A DNA stretch of 64,000 nucleotides from assembly GCF_036588685.1 (NCBI RefSeq), contig NC_086385.1, forward strand, positions 35,363,216 through 35,427,215, in the 5' to 3' direction. The stretch is from Mytilus trossulus (Eukaryota). Numbering within the stretch: the first letter of the stretch is position 1; every line of letters begins with the position of its first letter. Made by a program: the position numbers and the translations under genes. The notes beneath the pieces were generated by a model. That model ran no database searches and had not been told where the DNA came from. It worked only from the letters and a program-made list of their open reading frames with translations. This document shows positions 12,904-22,937 of this stretch, in pieces.

Positions 12904-13136
12904 AAACATTGAAATAACTTTAAAATTTTAAGATGATTTTCTATATTATGATATTCTTATTTTAGAGAAAGGTGATTGCTATCAGCGATAGCGATGAGGA
13001 GGCGGGAGTGTCAGAGTCGGACGTCAGAAAGGTGATTGTTGCAGCAGAATCTGGCCCGTTCAAGGGGCTAAAGAAGAAAAAGAAAACAGCTGGAGCTGGA
13101 TTCATACTTTCTGAAGCAGTTGAAGATGGCGAGTGA
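11723..13136 (+). CDS. Spliced PC4-like ssDNA-binding protein; exons 11723-11953, 12596-12763 (spans the N gap), 12966-13136
   Basis: Exon 1 LNFGRKKNIAVTPYKGYVYIHIG...SITLGTDEFKEL fits the PC4 pattern. CAG|GTTAGT donor at 11954; TTTAG acceptors ending 12595 and 12965; AAG|GTAAAA donor at 12764; all phase 0. Last exon reads RKVIAISDSDEE...KKKKK...FILSEAVEDGE*. Confidence 0.65.
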
Positions 13137-14294
13137 AGATAACACCAGTAAGTGATCAAATTTTTATTCTGTTTCTAATATGTTCTTATATACAATAGTT
13201 AGGATAGAAATCATTCATAACTTAGCAACATTTTTCCAATCAAAGATTGATTTATCAATATGTGAAATACTCGCTTTAAGATAAAACCATTGCCTTTGAT
13301 TTAAAGCGATCTCATTTCTAAGAGGATCATTTCTCAATAATACAAACAGTTCACTATTCAATATACATGTATTTACAAAAATATCTTCAGATAAAGCAAA
13401 AGTGTCCATTTTATTACAAAATAAATCGTTTCCGCTACTGTTTCGTTTAACATCATCAGATATGAATGGAGGATCATTTTCACTGTTTAATGGCCCATTT
13501 ATTAATATAACTGCTAGAGTTATCGAACAGAATAACAATCCGACAATTTTCATCTTTGCACCAAGCCTGTGCAGTTGTGGAAACTGGTCACTGATTTCAG
13601 CTGTATCCATATTGATAAAATTGTAATCATGCTCATCTGTCATTTTAAGTGAATATTCTTCCACATTTGCACTACTCAATTCATCCTTTTCATTTATTTT
13701 AGAAATCTCCATTATGAAATCCAATTTCTTAATACAGGTGTCGCACTTTGTTCATTTGTTTTCATGCATGTATCTGTAGATTTATGATGTGAAAACTATT
13801 TTACTAGAGTTTATGTATCTTATTTATTTCTTTTAGCCAATCAGAACAGAAAAAGGACAATGGGAGAAGAAGTAGAAAAAAAGACACTGAGTGAAAAACG
13901 AAAGCGGTCAGCTCCACCTTCATTAAGAACTTTATCTGTTGCATGTATTTATAATAAATTAACAACAAAATGTGATATTCAAATGAGAGATTTTTTTTGT
14001 AAAATTCCCTCACCAATTTTAATTATTTTTATGGATTATGCAGACTTTCAATTTGTTTTAAATCCTGGATTTGCCGAATTAGATGTGTTTAATGCTGCCG
14101 AGGAAATTTTTGATCAAAGATATCAATTAAATAAAATGATAAGGGAATGCAGCCATTTCACATCTGAAGAGATATTCATTCATTTAAAGAACGTCCCAGG
14201 GTCTGTTTTAAATTCACTCGGACTTTCGTTCAATAGGGAGAACTTTTCCGATATTTTAAGGAAAATATTAAACATGCGATTTTCACGTGTTTAA
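13126..14294 (+). CDS. Spliced hypothetical protein, about 159 aa (exons 13126-13147 and 13837-14294), with basic NLS-like stretch and BC-box-like motif
   Basis: ATG at 13126 in AAGATGG context, GTAAGT donor at 13148, TTTTAG acceptor ending 13836; joins in frame to the 144-aa ORF (MASEDNTTNQNRKRTMGEE...KRKRSAPPSLRTLSVACIY). Confidence 0.6.
13215..13712 (-). CDS. 165-aa protein with a central hydrophobic helix and C-terminal divergent PC4-like domain, nested antisense in an intron
   Basis: First ATG at 13712 (MEISK). Hydrophobic IVGLLFCSITLAVILI; C-terminus FALSEDIFVNTC...EIALNQRQWFYLKASISHIDKSI matches the PC4 'I.L...QW..LK.....ID..I' signature. Confidence 0.6.
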   Translation of the reverse strand: MEISKINEKDELSSANVEEYSLKMTDEHDYNFINMDTAEISDQFPQLHRLGAKMKIVGLLFCSITLAVILINGPLNSENDPPFISDDVKRNSSGNDLFCNKMDTFALSEDIFVNTCILNSELFVLLRNDPLRNEIALNQRQWFYLKASISHIDKSIFDWKNVAKL

Positions 14295-14363
14295 TTTACC
14301 AAAGAATATGTCTCATATATTTTAATCTAAAATTTAAGAAATTTATTTGTAATATTTTCATCG

Positions 14364-14800
14364 TGTTTGAAGGTCTTTTTCCCCATTGCACAATGTATTT
14401 CACTGGTGCGTTTGAAGGTGTAATTCCCCATTTTCATAATTGTGTTTAATTTACCAAAGAATATGTCTCTTATATTTTAATCTAAAATTTATTTGTAATA
14501 TTTTCATCGTGTTTGAAGGTGTTATTCCCCATTGTCCAATGTATTTCACTGGTGTGTTTGAAGGTGTTATTCCCCATTTGAAGGTGTTATTCCCCATTGA
14601 CATAATGTTTGAAGGTGTTATTCCCCATTGTTCTAATGTTTGAAGGTGCTATTCCCCATTGTTCTAATGTTCGAAGGTGTTATTTCACATTGTCCTATGT
14701 TTGAAGGTGTTATTCCCCATTGTCCTATTGCCTTAATGTTTGAAGGTGTTATTCCCCATTGTCCTATTGTCATTATGTTTGAAGTTTGTTTGAAGGTCCA
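14364..14800. repeat. Array of about 11 copies of GTTTGAAGGTGTTATTCCCCATTG
   Basis: Copies at about 14365, 14410, 14511, 14556, 14578, 14607, 14638, 14669, 14699, 14738 and a partial at 14777, mostly with short related spacers. Confidence 0.9.
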
Positions 14801-15032
14801 TTTGGGTTTTAAAGTTATGTATTTTCATTGGGGTTTTTAAGTTAAAGTCGCCATTTTACCATGCTACTCCCCATTGCCCTATGTATTTCACTTCCCCAGG
14901 TTGATAGCAAACGGATAAAACTTAAATATGTTGATATATTTTATTATAAAATCATATATTTATTTACATGAAATAAAATATTATATAATTATTGTACAGT
15001 GTGTTTTCTTTTTCTTGAATTTATTACGGATA

Positions 15033-15673
15033 TGGATTTTTTTTTCAATTTACAATTGTATTAATGTTTTTCTTTTAATTTTCTATGAAAATATGCTAGC
15101 GAATGCACATTATCATCCAGCAAGTGTCTCTTGTCATCATATGGTGATAGTCCACTTTTCACAACCTTCACCAAACTTTATCTGTTGCATGTATTTATAA
15201 TAAATTAACAACAAAATGTGATATTCAAATGAGAGATTTTTTTTGTAAAATTCCCTCACCAATTTTAATTATTTTTATGGATTATGCAGACTTTCAATTT
15301 GTTTTAAATCCTGGATTTGCCGAATTAGATGTGTTTAATGCTGCCGAGGAAATTTTTGATCAAAGATATCAATTAAATAAAATGATAAGGGAATGCAGCC
15401 ATTTCACATCTGAAGAGATATTCATTCATTTAAAGAACGTCCCAGGGTCTGTTTTAAATTCACTCGGACTTTCGTTCAATAGGGAGAACTTTTCCGATAT
15501 TTTAAGGAAAATATTAAACATGCGATTTTCACGTGTTTAATTTACCAAAGAATATGTCTCATATATTTTAATCTAAAATTTAAGAAATTTATTTGTAATA
15601 TTTTCATCGTGTTTGAAGGTCTTTTTCCCCATTGCACAATGTATTTCACTGGTGCGTTTGAAGGTGTAATTCC
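15033..15673. repeat. Internal duplication: extra polB 3' end (15033-15173) plus a second, 5'-truncated copy of about 13928-14425 (15174-15673)
   Basis: ORF 15229-15540 is identical to the C-terminal 103 aa of ORF 13860-14294; 15033-15173 repeats about 15674-15813. Confidence 0.9.
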
Positions 15674-15702
15674 TGGATTTTTTTTTTCAATTTACAATTG
15701 TA

Positions 15703-18700
15703 TTAATGTTTTTCTTTTAATTTTCTATGAAAATATGCTAGCGAATGCACATTATCATCCAGCAAGTGTCTCTTGTCATCATATGGTGATAGTCCACTTT
15801 TCACAACCTTCACCATGTGAATCTGATGGTTGAAACTTCTCAAAGTGTACATATGCGAGAGTAGTGGAGAACAATTGAACAAGGTGTTTTTATATTGTTC
15901 GAATCTAACATTTCGGGTTTTAATACCCTTTGCTACTACAGTTTCCTTGTCGTCTGCGGTGATAAAACTATACATTTTTGCTCTTAGTCCGATATATTCC
16001 ACCATTTGAATGGACTTGCATTCATCTTTGAATAAACCAATAATCGATTTCCTGTCTTTGGTGTAAAGAGGGTGATCAGCTGGATAATTTGAAAAGTCAT
16101 ATAGCTCACTGTTTAACGACATGTCTCTATATATGTCATCAGTTCTCACATGCATAATGAAACTGTCAGTATCTGTGTAACATAATGTTACATTCTCCTT
16201 GTATAGTTTTTTCATGTGGTTGTAGTAGTAATCAACCATGTGCGCCTTTGACAGATCGAGAATCATTTGTCCTAGGTAAATTGGTTTGTTGAAGAAAATT
16301 TTTGTTTTGGTTTGTAGCACGCCGCACAAGTGGTCGTTGAATATCTTAAAGCTTTTAAATGATGATTTTGCTGTAAGTTTTTGAAACTTATCCCACCTAT
16401 GACAGAGAGAGAAGTTGATATGTTTCCGCAACGATTCCATTGATTTACCGAAAATAGCATTGTTGCCATTTTTAAAAAGTTTTTGCTCGAAATTGCTAGT
16501 AGCCTTTTTCCTCATTTCGGTATTGAAGTCAATATACTGTTTCAACCATGGACGCTGTTCAAATGAAACTATATTGTGAATCTTCTTCAAAACCAAACCT
16601 AGTTTGAGGTATAACTTTAGATTCACATAGTGCAAGATGTAATGCTTTTTATCTTTCAAAGTAGCTAGCAATTTGGTGCTCGGTTGGTATTCTTTCCCAT
16701 CATCATTTGCTTGCTCATACAGATGACGTGAATGAGGTGAAAGCATTTCATTTGTTATCACTCCTTTTTCAACTGCAAGAGGAAAATCATTGTGAAGATC
16801 GTGTAAGTTATCTGGGTAATCCAAATCGCATTCAATGACATATCCGATGTCAGCGTTATTGGATACATTTAAGACATTGAAATCGTTTATTTCCTCTTCT
16901 GACAACCACTGGAATTTCCCCACAGCTAATGGCATGCTCATGCTTAAACCGTATAAATTGTTCGCATCTACATACATCAAGTATGAAGTTGGTAAAGCTG
17001 GATCATAATTGCTCAAGTAGGGATTGTTTGCTTTTGCATGTCTGCAGCTCACCATTGTTAAACCTCCTCGTATACTCTGCTCAAAGAAGAGCCACATTGT
17101 AGGATCTGTCAATAGCTCAAGTCTCACACCAGTCATTTTCAATGCAGATTGCCAGGAAAGCCCTGGAAGAGTGTAATAATTTGCAGGGTCGAGGGAATAG
17201 TTCGTTATCCACTTCTTCCTGAAAGTTTCAAATACATCAGCTAATAATAGAACGTCAGTTTTTAGATAAAGATCGTGATATTCGCCTATATTCTTAATAT
17301 TCATTTGATTCCATACCCGTTGCGCATGTTCATACTCGGTTTGACTAATTGTTTTCTCTGATAAATTGCTGTAGAATTTGTCTATAGAGGGTAATTCAGT
17401 TTCATTGAACCTTGCTGCATTGTCAATGTATTCGTAAGGATATGTTCCTTTTTTCAACAAAAGAGCAATCCGCTTATCATCATCAAATTCTTTTGTAAAA
17501 TGTTTAAATGTTTCTTTCGGATTCTCCTTAGACATTGACGATACCAATTCCTCTAGTGAACAATTCAAAAACTGGTATGAATCGATAAAGCGCAGATTGG
17601 ATAGGTTGAAACTGATGTACTTTTCTGCATTCGTGGCTATGCAGCCAATTTCTTCACTCTTGAAAATACCTATCGAGGAACAGATTAAATGTGCATCAAA
17701 CTGTTTCAGGTTATGAAATATAACTGGCACGAATGTGTGTTCTTTAAAATTAAGATTGCAATCTCTGCATGAAGCGCCACGAAATTTACCTGAAACATGT
17801 GCATGGTCTCGAACGCGGATAGTGGAATCTGTAAATTCTTCCATGCAAATGTGGCAATGTGTACTTGATTGAAAATCTTCCTCATCTTCAACAGTCATGC
17901 ACAAGGGTTCAGGATTGTTCAAAATAGCCTTTATACGTTTATTTTCGTCAAGAAGACTATGAAGGAAGTGTTCACTAACATTTTCACCTCTATATATTTT
18001 AGGTGGTTGAGTGTATCTGTCATCGATGCAAACAACTTGATAACCGTACCCGCATGGTATCAACTTTGTTAATTTCGTTGTGCTGGTTCGATTATCTTCT
18101 GGCTCTTCAGTAACCATAGGTTCGCAAAATGTTTCCATGTCAGCATAAATAACAAATGATGTTTGTAACTGTTTGGCGTGATCTTGAAATGTTAGTATAT
18201 CGTCTACCCCCTTGGTGGGATATGTCACATGTTGAGCTTCAAATTTTGAGCAGTATTTTATATGTTTCTCTAAAGTATGTTCACTGGTGAAACCTGATAA
18301 ACAGAATCTGCAATACTTATGACTGCGTCCCAAGCATTTTGTTCGATATAAAAGTCTATTGAGATCTGTAATCAAACACCAGTGACTTTTATTCCCACTT
18401 TTCAAATACAATAAGTCAACTTCATGATGAGCTTCTCTTAGACCTGTTACATGGAGGGGGAAAAATTCACCCTCTTCAAATCCTAACACCATTACTGAAA
18501 TGTTATTCTGCCTTTCAAATTTACTCACAAATGATGGTGCAACGGGCAATTGTATACCTTCCATGTTCAATTCATGTTCATATGGGATGTAGTGATGCAC
18601 TTTAGAAGGGTCACCTGAACACGTAGGATGTATGGATGCTATAATAGCATATACAAAACATTTTTCATCTAATTTCTTATGTTGAGTAACGCTCTGGTTG

Positions 18701-19505
18701 CAGCAAGAGTTCTTGGTAGGGGTATATACGATCCACCGCCTAAAGGTTTATATTTAGCTGTATTAATCTCAATGTGTTTAATATGATCTAATGACCAACC
18801 GCTCCCATTTCGTATATACTCATCAAAACTTTTGAATATTTTTTGATATGTCACATTAATATCATGTTCATCATCTATATTTGCTCTATCAACTAGATTC
18901 GATGTCTTCGAGATAAAATGTGCATTATTCTTTAAATCATTACCACCTTCACCTCCATTCGGCTTGATCATTTGCACAAGACAATTCATATACCACTTAA
19001 TATGACCGAGTTCAACACACATCTCTTGTAAATGAGTTTTTACCTCATGCTTAATTCCAGATAAAAATGCTAGAAGATCATACTTTTCCCCATTATCCTC
19101 ATTCGGATAAATGAAACGAGCTCGTGCTATTCCCAAGAGAGCAGACGTATCCACACTTTTATGTTTGATTGTAGTATGTGAATTTGAATCAGTGTTTCCT
19201 GAACCAGTCTGATAAGTTGTATGATCGATGTTGCTATGTTTAAACAAATTTTCCGCTGAATCAAAATGTCTATCACATTGTCGACATGGAAATGTACAAC
19301 TGTTTCTCTGGTGTCTCTTCAGTTTGGAAGGGTGATCAAACAGAAGTTTACAATAATAACATGAATAGACCTTAACCGTAAGATTTGATCTGTTGTCATT
19401 ATCAACACTCAATCGATCATTTAACTCTCGCAACTGCTGTTGATATTGAGGGTTACTGTCAGGATAAAGACGCAATAAATCCTCGCAGAAATGATCATCA
19501 GCCAT
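15703..19505 (-). CDS. polB: Protein-primed family B DNA polymerase (about 1267 aa if repaired), split by a 1-nt frameshift at about 18670; N-terminal C2H2 fingers and an internal HNH/EndoVII-like Zn module
   Basis: ExoI VIYADMETF, ExoII FHNLKQFD, ExoIII YLKTDVLLL, YVDANNLYG, KNGNNAIFGK, YTDTDS. The upstream ORF ends LLNIRN* and the next frame continues (L)DEKCFVYAIIASIHP, together giving the conserved 'IN..N.D..CF...I.A.LHP' motif. Confidence 0.95.
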
Positions 19506-19535
19506 GACAATTGTGATATCAATAGCACTTTCAAC

Positions 19536-19549
19536 GTTTTATATATACT
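19536..19549 (-). promoter_or_regulatory. Candidate TATA box for polB
   Basis: Minus strand reads AGTATATATAAAA about 30-45 nt upstream of the ATG at 19505, in the only sizeable intergenic gap of the core; AATAAA signals for the upstream cassette lie at about 19597-19608. Confidence 0.45.
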
Positions 19550-19745
19550 ACGCGATCGTGGACTAGAACTAATAGGCGAACATATGTTATCTAAATATTT
19601 ATTTTATTAATTAAATTTAAAGGTACACAGTGTAAATATACAAATAGACAATATATTATATACATATATAAATATAGACAAATTTAAAGAAAAATACAAG
19701 TGATTGATTGAAGTCTCCAATAGTTTTAAATAATCCACTTCTTCA

Positions 19746-20141
19746 TTACAAATGAAATGATAACCATTTACTCTTTAATCTTTTGCGATTTTGCGATTTT
19801 TCCACATTTCTTAAGAATTTTTCAGGAGACATCTTGATAGCTTTACCCTCTGCTGCACCATCATATTCATCAACATCCATCCTATTTTCCTCTTGATTGT
19901 CTGATTTTGATCGATCTACAGTTTCTTTTAAATTTTTCAATTCTGTTTTTTGCAAAACCTGACCACTACCATGTTGTTTGGTTACATCTTCTTCTAGGTT
20001 TATTTCTGTTTTTATACTGTCACTATCTTTACCATCATATTCCTTTTCTTTTTCTTTCACATTAACAATTTCACATTGGTTGGACATATTCATCAATCTT
20101 TCATATTTCTCCTTGGGTAATAGTATTAACTCCCGAGTCAT
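19746..20141 (-). CDS. Polinton hypothetical protein, 131 aa, highly charged
   Basis: MTRELILLPKEKYERL N-terminus and KW..F C-terminus resemble a small Polinton ORF class; contains QHGSG; overlaps the upstream ORF by 41 nt. Confidence 0.75.
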   Translation of the reverse strand: MTRELILLPKEKYERLMNMSNQCEIVNVKEKEKEYDGKDSDSIKTEINLEEDVTKQHGSGQVLQKTELKNLKETVDRSKSDNQEENRMDVDEYDGAAEGKAIKMSPEKFLRNVEKSQNRKRLKSKWLSFHL

Positions 20142-20442
20142 AGTATTTGAAAAAAGATGATATCAATGTTGGAATAATAACAATTATCTTCAGTAAACGT
20201 TTTCTCCTCAACTGAGGTGTTATATTATTAACTACCACAGCACGAATGAACTTTGCAAAAGTTGAAAGATTCCTTTTAACCCTCTCAGACAATGGTATGA
20301 CGCTTTTTAGACAGTTGAATACTATTTCTACTAATAGTTGTAATTGTCTGTGGTCCGTGCTTTTTATGATTTGAGCAGATTGTTCAGGTGTAGTGTTCGC
20401 CAATAATTTAAGGAAGCTTCTACTTGATTCTTTTAAAATCAT
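20101..20442 (-). CDS. Polinton conserved small basic protein, 113 aa (probable virion core protein)
   Basis: Pattern QLQLLVEIVFNCLKSVIPLS...FIRAV...RRKRLL as seen next to Polinton ATPases; ATGA overlap with the ATPase stop. Confidence 0.75.
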   Translation of the reverse strand: MILKESSRSFLKLLANTTPEQSAQIIKSTDHRQLQLLVEIVFNCLKSVIPLSERVKRNLSTFAKFIRAVVVNNITPQLRRKRLLKIIVIIPTLISSFFKYYDSGVNTITQGEI

Positions 20443-21089
20443 TTTGGTTGATAAACAATCGTGTCCTCCCCCGGAAAAGGATTTGCGCGCAACTGATATT
20501 CAGGGTTTGAACCTGGTGCTATATCCACTATCAAGCAATTGTATGGTCTGCTAATTGCACGTTGGTAAACGTCCATGAAAAAGCGAACTTGACCTGGAAA
20601 CATTTGTCGAGCTAAAGATTGTATTTGCAGTGAATCTCTACCATTTTTGAAAAGAAAAAAGACGTGAGAATTCAAACTGATTGATCGCATAACCTTCCCC
20701 TTCTGATATAAATTTTGTAGTATAAAAATAATTGATGTTAAGGTGTGATGACTTAAAACGCAATAAATCTTCTGCATCAGTTTACAGTCCACTACTTCAT
20801 CCATTTTATCATCAATGATCCATAATGTGTGTATATCCTTATCAACAAGAAAATCACTTTCATCAGGCAGTTCCAGTTGAAATGAAATGTTGGAGACAGT
20901 TTTTTTCAATTCATCGAAGACATCTTGCCATATGCTGTAACAGTAGTATATCTTCTGAGGTGGTATTGTAAACATTTCCTGAGCGTTCTCTAATAATCTT
21001 TTAATGTATGTAGTTTTTCCTGAACCCGTTGGACCGACACATATTGAAGTCATGGGTGTTTGAAATTTCACCAAACTCATGATGATCAC
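20439..21089 (-). CDS. A32/FtsK-like DNA packaging ATPase
   Basis: Walker A GPTGSGKT, Walker B LWIIDD, then SHH..TSIIFILQNLY and RSISLNSH motifs. Confidence 0.95.
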   Translation of the reverse strand: MIIMSLVKFQTPMTSICVGPTGSGKTTYIKRLLENAQEMFTIPPQKIYYCYSIWQDVFDELKKTVSNISFQLELPDESDFLVDKDIHTLWIIDDKMDEVVDCKLMQKIYCVLSHHTLTSIIFILQNLYQKGKVMRSISLNSHVFFLFKNGRDSLQIQSLARQMFPGQVRFFMDVYQRAISRPYNCLIVDIAPGSNPEYQLRANPFPGEDTIVYQPK

Positions 21090-21142
21090 CTCTTGCTCGA
21101 ATGATGATTGTTACCATGTGTCTCATCATTTTAAACACTTTT

Positions 21143-21610
21143 TCATATGCAGTGTGAATAGGTTTTACCAATCACATTGAAAACAAAGATGTCGTTTGCT
21201 TGATGATTATCACTGAAAAAATCGTGAATGTTAGTTAGATCATACTCTCTACATAAGAGTGATAAGATGAAAATGCAATATTGACCGCATACTGATGAAT
21301 TCTCACTCTGTAATCGTTTTTGATTTATTTCCAGAGATATCGCATTGTGTTCAAAGAATTTTAAGAAGTGACGTGAATAATAATCGGGAGAGTGTGCGAA
21401 GCTGTCGAAAAATATCCCTCTTCGTTCCTCATTTATGAAAAAGGCGATCCAGTGTGCACCATTCTCAAAATGATTTTCAGTGTTACAAATAAATCCCATG
21501 GGTCGATTTCTCACTATCTTAGGTATCTGATCTGCTGCAAATATACCAACAATTTTATCCTTCATTAGTTCATCACAATTAATCATACACTCCAATTGCA
21601 TAGTGTTCAT
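21143..21610 (-). CDS. Adenain-like cysteine maturation protease
   Basis: GAHWIAF (His), FFDSF (Asp), LQSENSSVCGQYC (Gln, Cys). Confidence 0.95.
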   Translation of the reverse strand: MNTMQLECMINCDELMKDKIVGIFAADQIPKIVRNRPMGFICNTENHFENGAHWIAFFINEERRGIFFDSFAHSPDYYSRHFLKFFEHNAISLEINQKRLQSENSSVCGQYCIFILSLLCREYDLTNIHDFFSDNHQANDIFVFNVIGKTYSHCI

Positions 21611-22929
21611 TCTTGAATTATGATGTCTCGAGTTTGAGTTATTTCAAAATATCCACTAAATTCACTATAAATGATTATAGTTGTTGGTTCAGTGAGGGGA
21701 GAATCAAATGTGCATTCCAAATTGACACGTTCATTCCTTTTCAATGTTAAATAATCTAAACCTTCAAAAATTGGTTCCAGTTGAAAGGCATACAAGGCAT
21801 ATCCTTCAGAAAAACTGTCTCTGTTTAATCCATTACCACAGTCTTGCAGAGTTTTCCCAGCAACCTCAAATAGATTGCGAAATGCAACAATGGATGATTC
21901 TCCACTTGACGAGTCAAATTTTACTCTGACAGGATTCCCGGAAACTGGCACTCCCTCAACTTTAAGATTTATTTCACTTAGGTGGCAATGTTTGAATGTC
22001 CACGGACATAGTGAGTAGTCACCTGCTATGTTTTGACTCCCCGTAAAGGCTATCAATACCTTATTGGGTCTATTATTCTGGAATATGTTGTTGAAGTTAA
22101 AACTTATTTGACCAGCTGGAAGTGAAATTGTGCGAACATCATTTTGCACAATGGGATATTTAGCGTTTACTGTCCTGAGTATAGAATCGTGGCCATATAC
22201 AATGCCGGGGTGAACGTGAATCTTTGCTATTGATAGATACATATCTTCAATCTCAAGGTAATAATCAGCATCTTCATCAACCGACATTAGATAAAATTCT
22301 GGTCTCGATCTGTAGAATTTCACAGTAACTCCTACTTGATTTAATATGTAACGATTCATTGAAAACAGGGGATGGAAAATGTTTCCTTCAAGATCAACAG
22401 TTTTACCATTTTTTATGTATGCTGTTCTTCTGTAGAGCCCAAGATTTGATCCTGTGTTACAATCTGCATCATCCAATGTTCCTTGATGATCGTCTATCCA
22501 TAATTGACTTGAGAGCTGCGATTCTTTAGCTTCTTTCCCATATTTCAATAAAGTTTGCATATAAGCTTTGTAAGGGTAAAATCCTGTTGAAGATGTGACA
22601 ATTTTATTTTGAATTAAAACATCTATTTGATTAAATAATGCATGCAAAACATAGTTCACAGGCCCGCAATTAACGTCACTGCTATCTGCTATGGTTCCAT
22701 CTCCTCTTTTAAGTCTTAGACGTACATGCATTGTTGATTTACTTAAGTCTAGATACTCTGTTCCACCAGATATGTGAAACTCTATTGGCGATGTCTTTGT
22801 AAAAGTTGCAGCTGGTCGAATATGTTCATATGTGATTCTTGTGACTGCAGTTTGATGACCTGGTAGATTGAATAAAGACAACTGACTTGGTTGCAGCTCA
22901 TGAAATGTTTCAGGATTTATTTTAGCCAT
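21607..22929 (-). CDS. Major capsid protein (Polinton PY, double jelly roll), 440 aa
   Basis: SQLSLFNLPGHQT...PIEFHISGGTEYLDLS...LHALFNQIDV...YPYKAYMQTLL...GYALYAFQL is the Polinton MCP motif series; lies between penton and protease. Confidence 0.92.
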   Translation of the reverse strand: MAKINPETFHELQPSQLSLFNLPGHQTAVTRITYEHIRPAATFTKTSPIEFHISGGTEYLDLSKSTMHVRLRLKRGDGTIADSSDVNCGPVNYVLHALFNQIDVLIQNKIVTSSTGFYPYKAYMQTLLKYGKEAKESQLSSQLWIDDHQGTLDDADCNTGSNLGLYRRTAYIKNGKTVDLEGNIFHPLFSMNRYILNQVGVTVKFYRSRPEFYLMSVDEDADYYLEIEDMYLSIAKIHVHPGIVYGHDSILRTVNAKYPIVQNDVRTISLPAGQISFNFNNIFQNNRPNKVLIAFTGSQNIAGDYSLCPWTFKHCHLSEINLKVEGVPVSGNPVRVKFDSSSGESSIVAFRNLFEVAGKTLQDCGNGLNRDSFSEGYALYAFQLEPIFEGLDYLTLKRNERVNLECTFDSPLTEPTTIIIYSEFSGYFEITQTRDIIIQE

Positions 22930-22937
22930 TTTGAATT

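Noticed and set aside
12962-13159. Minus-strand 65-aa ORF
   Set aside because: Shadow of the plus-strand exon 12966-13136, which has the splice signals.
14364-14800. CRISPR-like appearance of the 24-bp repeats and the short 'FEGVIPHC' ORFs
   Set aside because: Spacers are mostly very short and related to one another, there are no cas genes and the context is eukaryotic; the ORFs are translations of the repeat.
15229-15540. 103-aa ORF as a separate gene
   Set aside because: It is a 5'-truncated duplicate of the 13860-14294 ORF.
18669-19505. Stand-alone zinc-finger gene
   Set aside because: Its end and the next frame together form one conserved pPolB motif, so it is the polymerase N-terminus.
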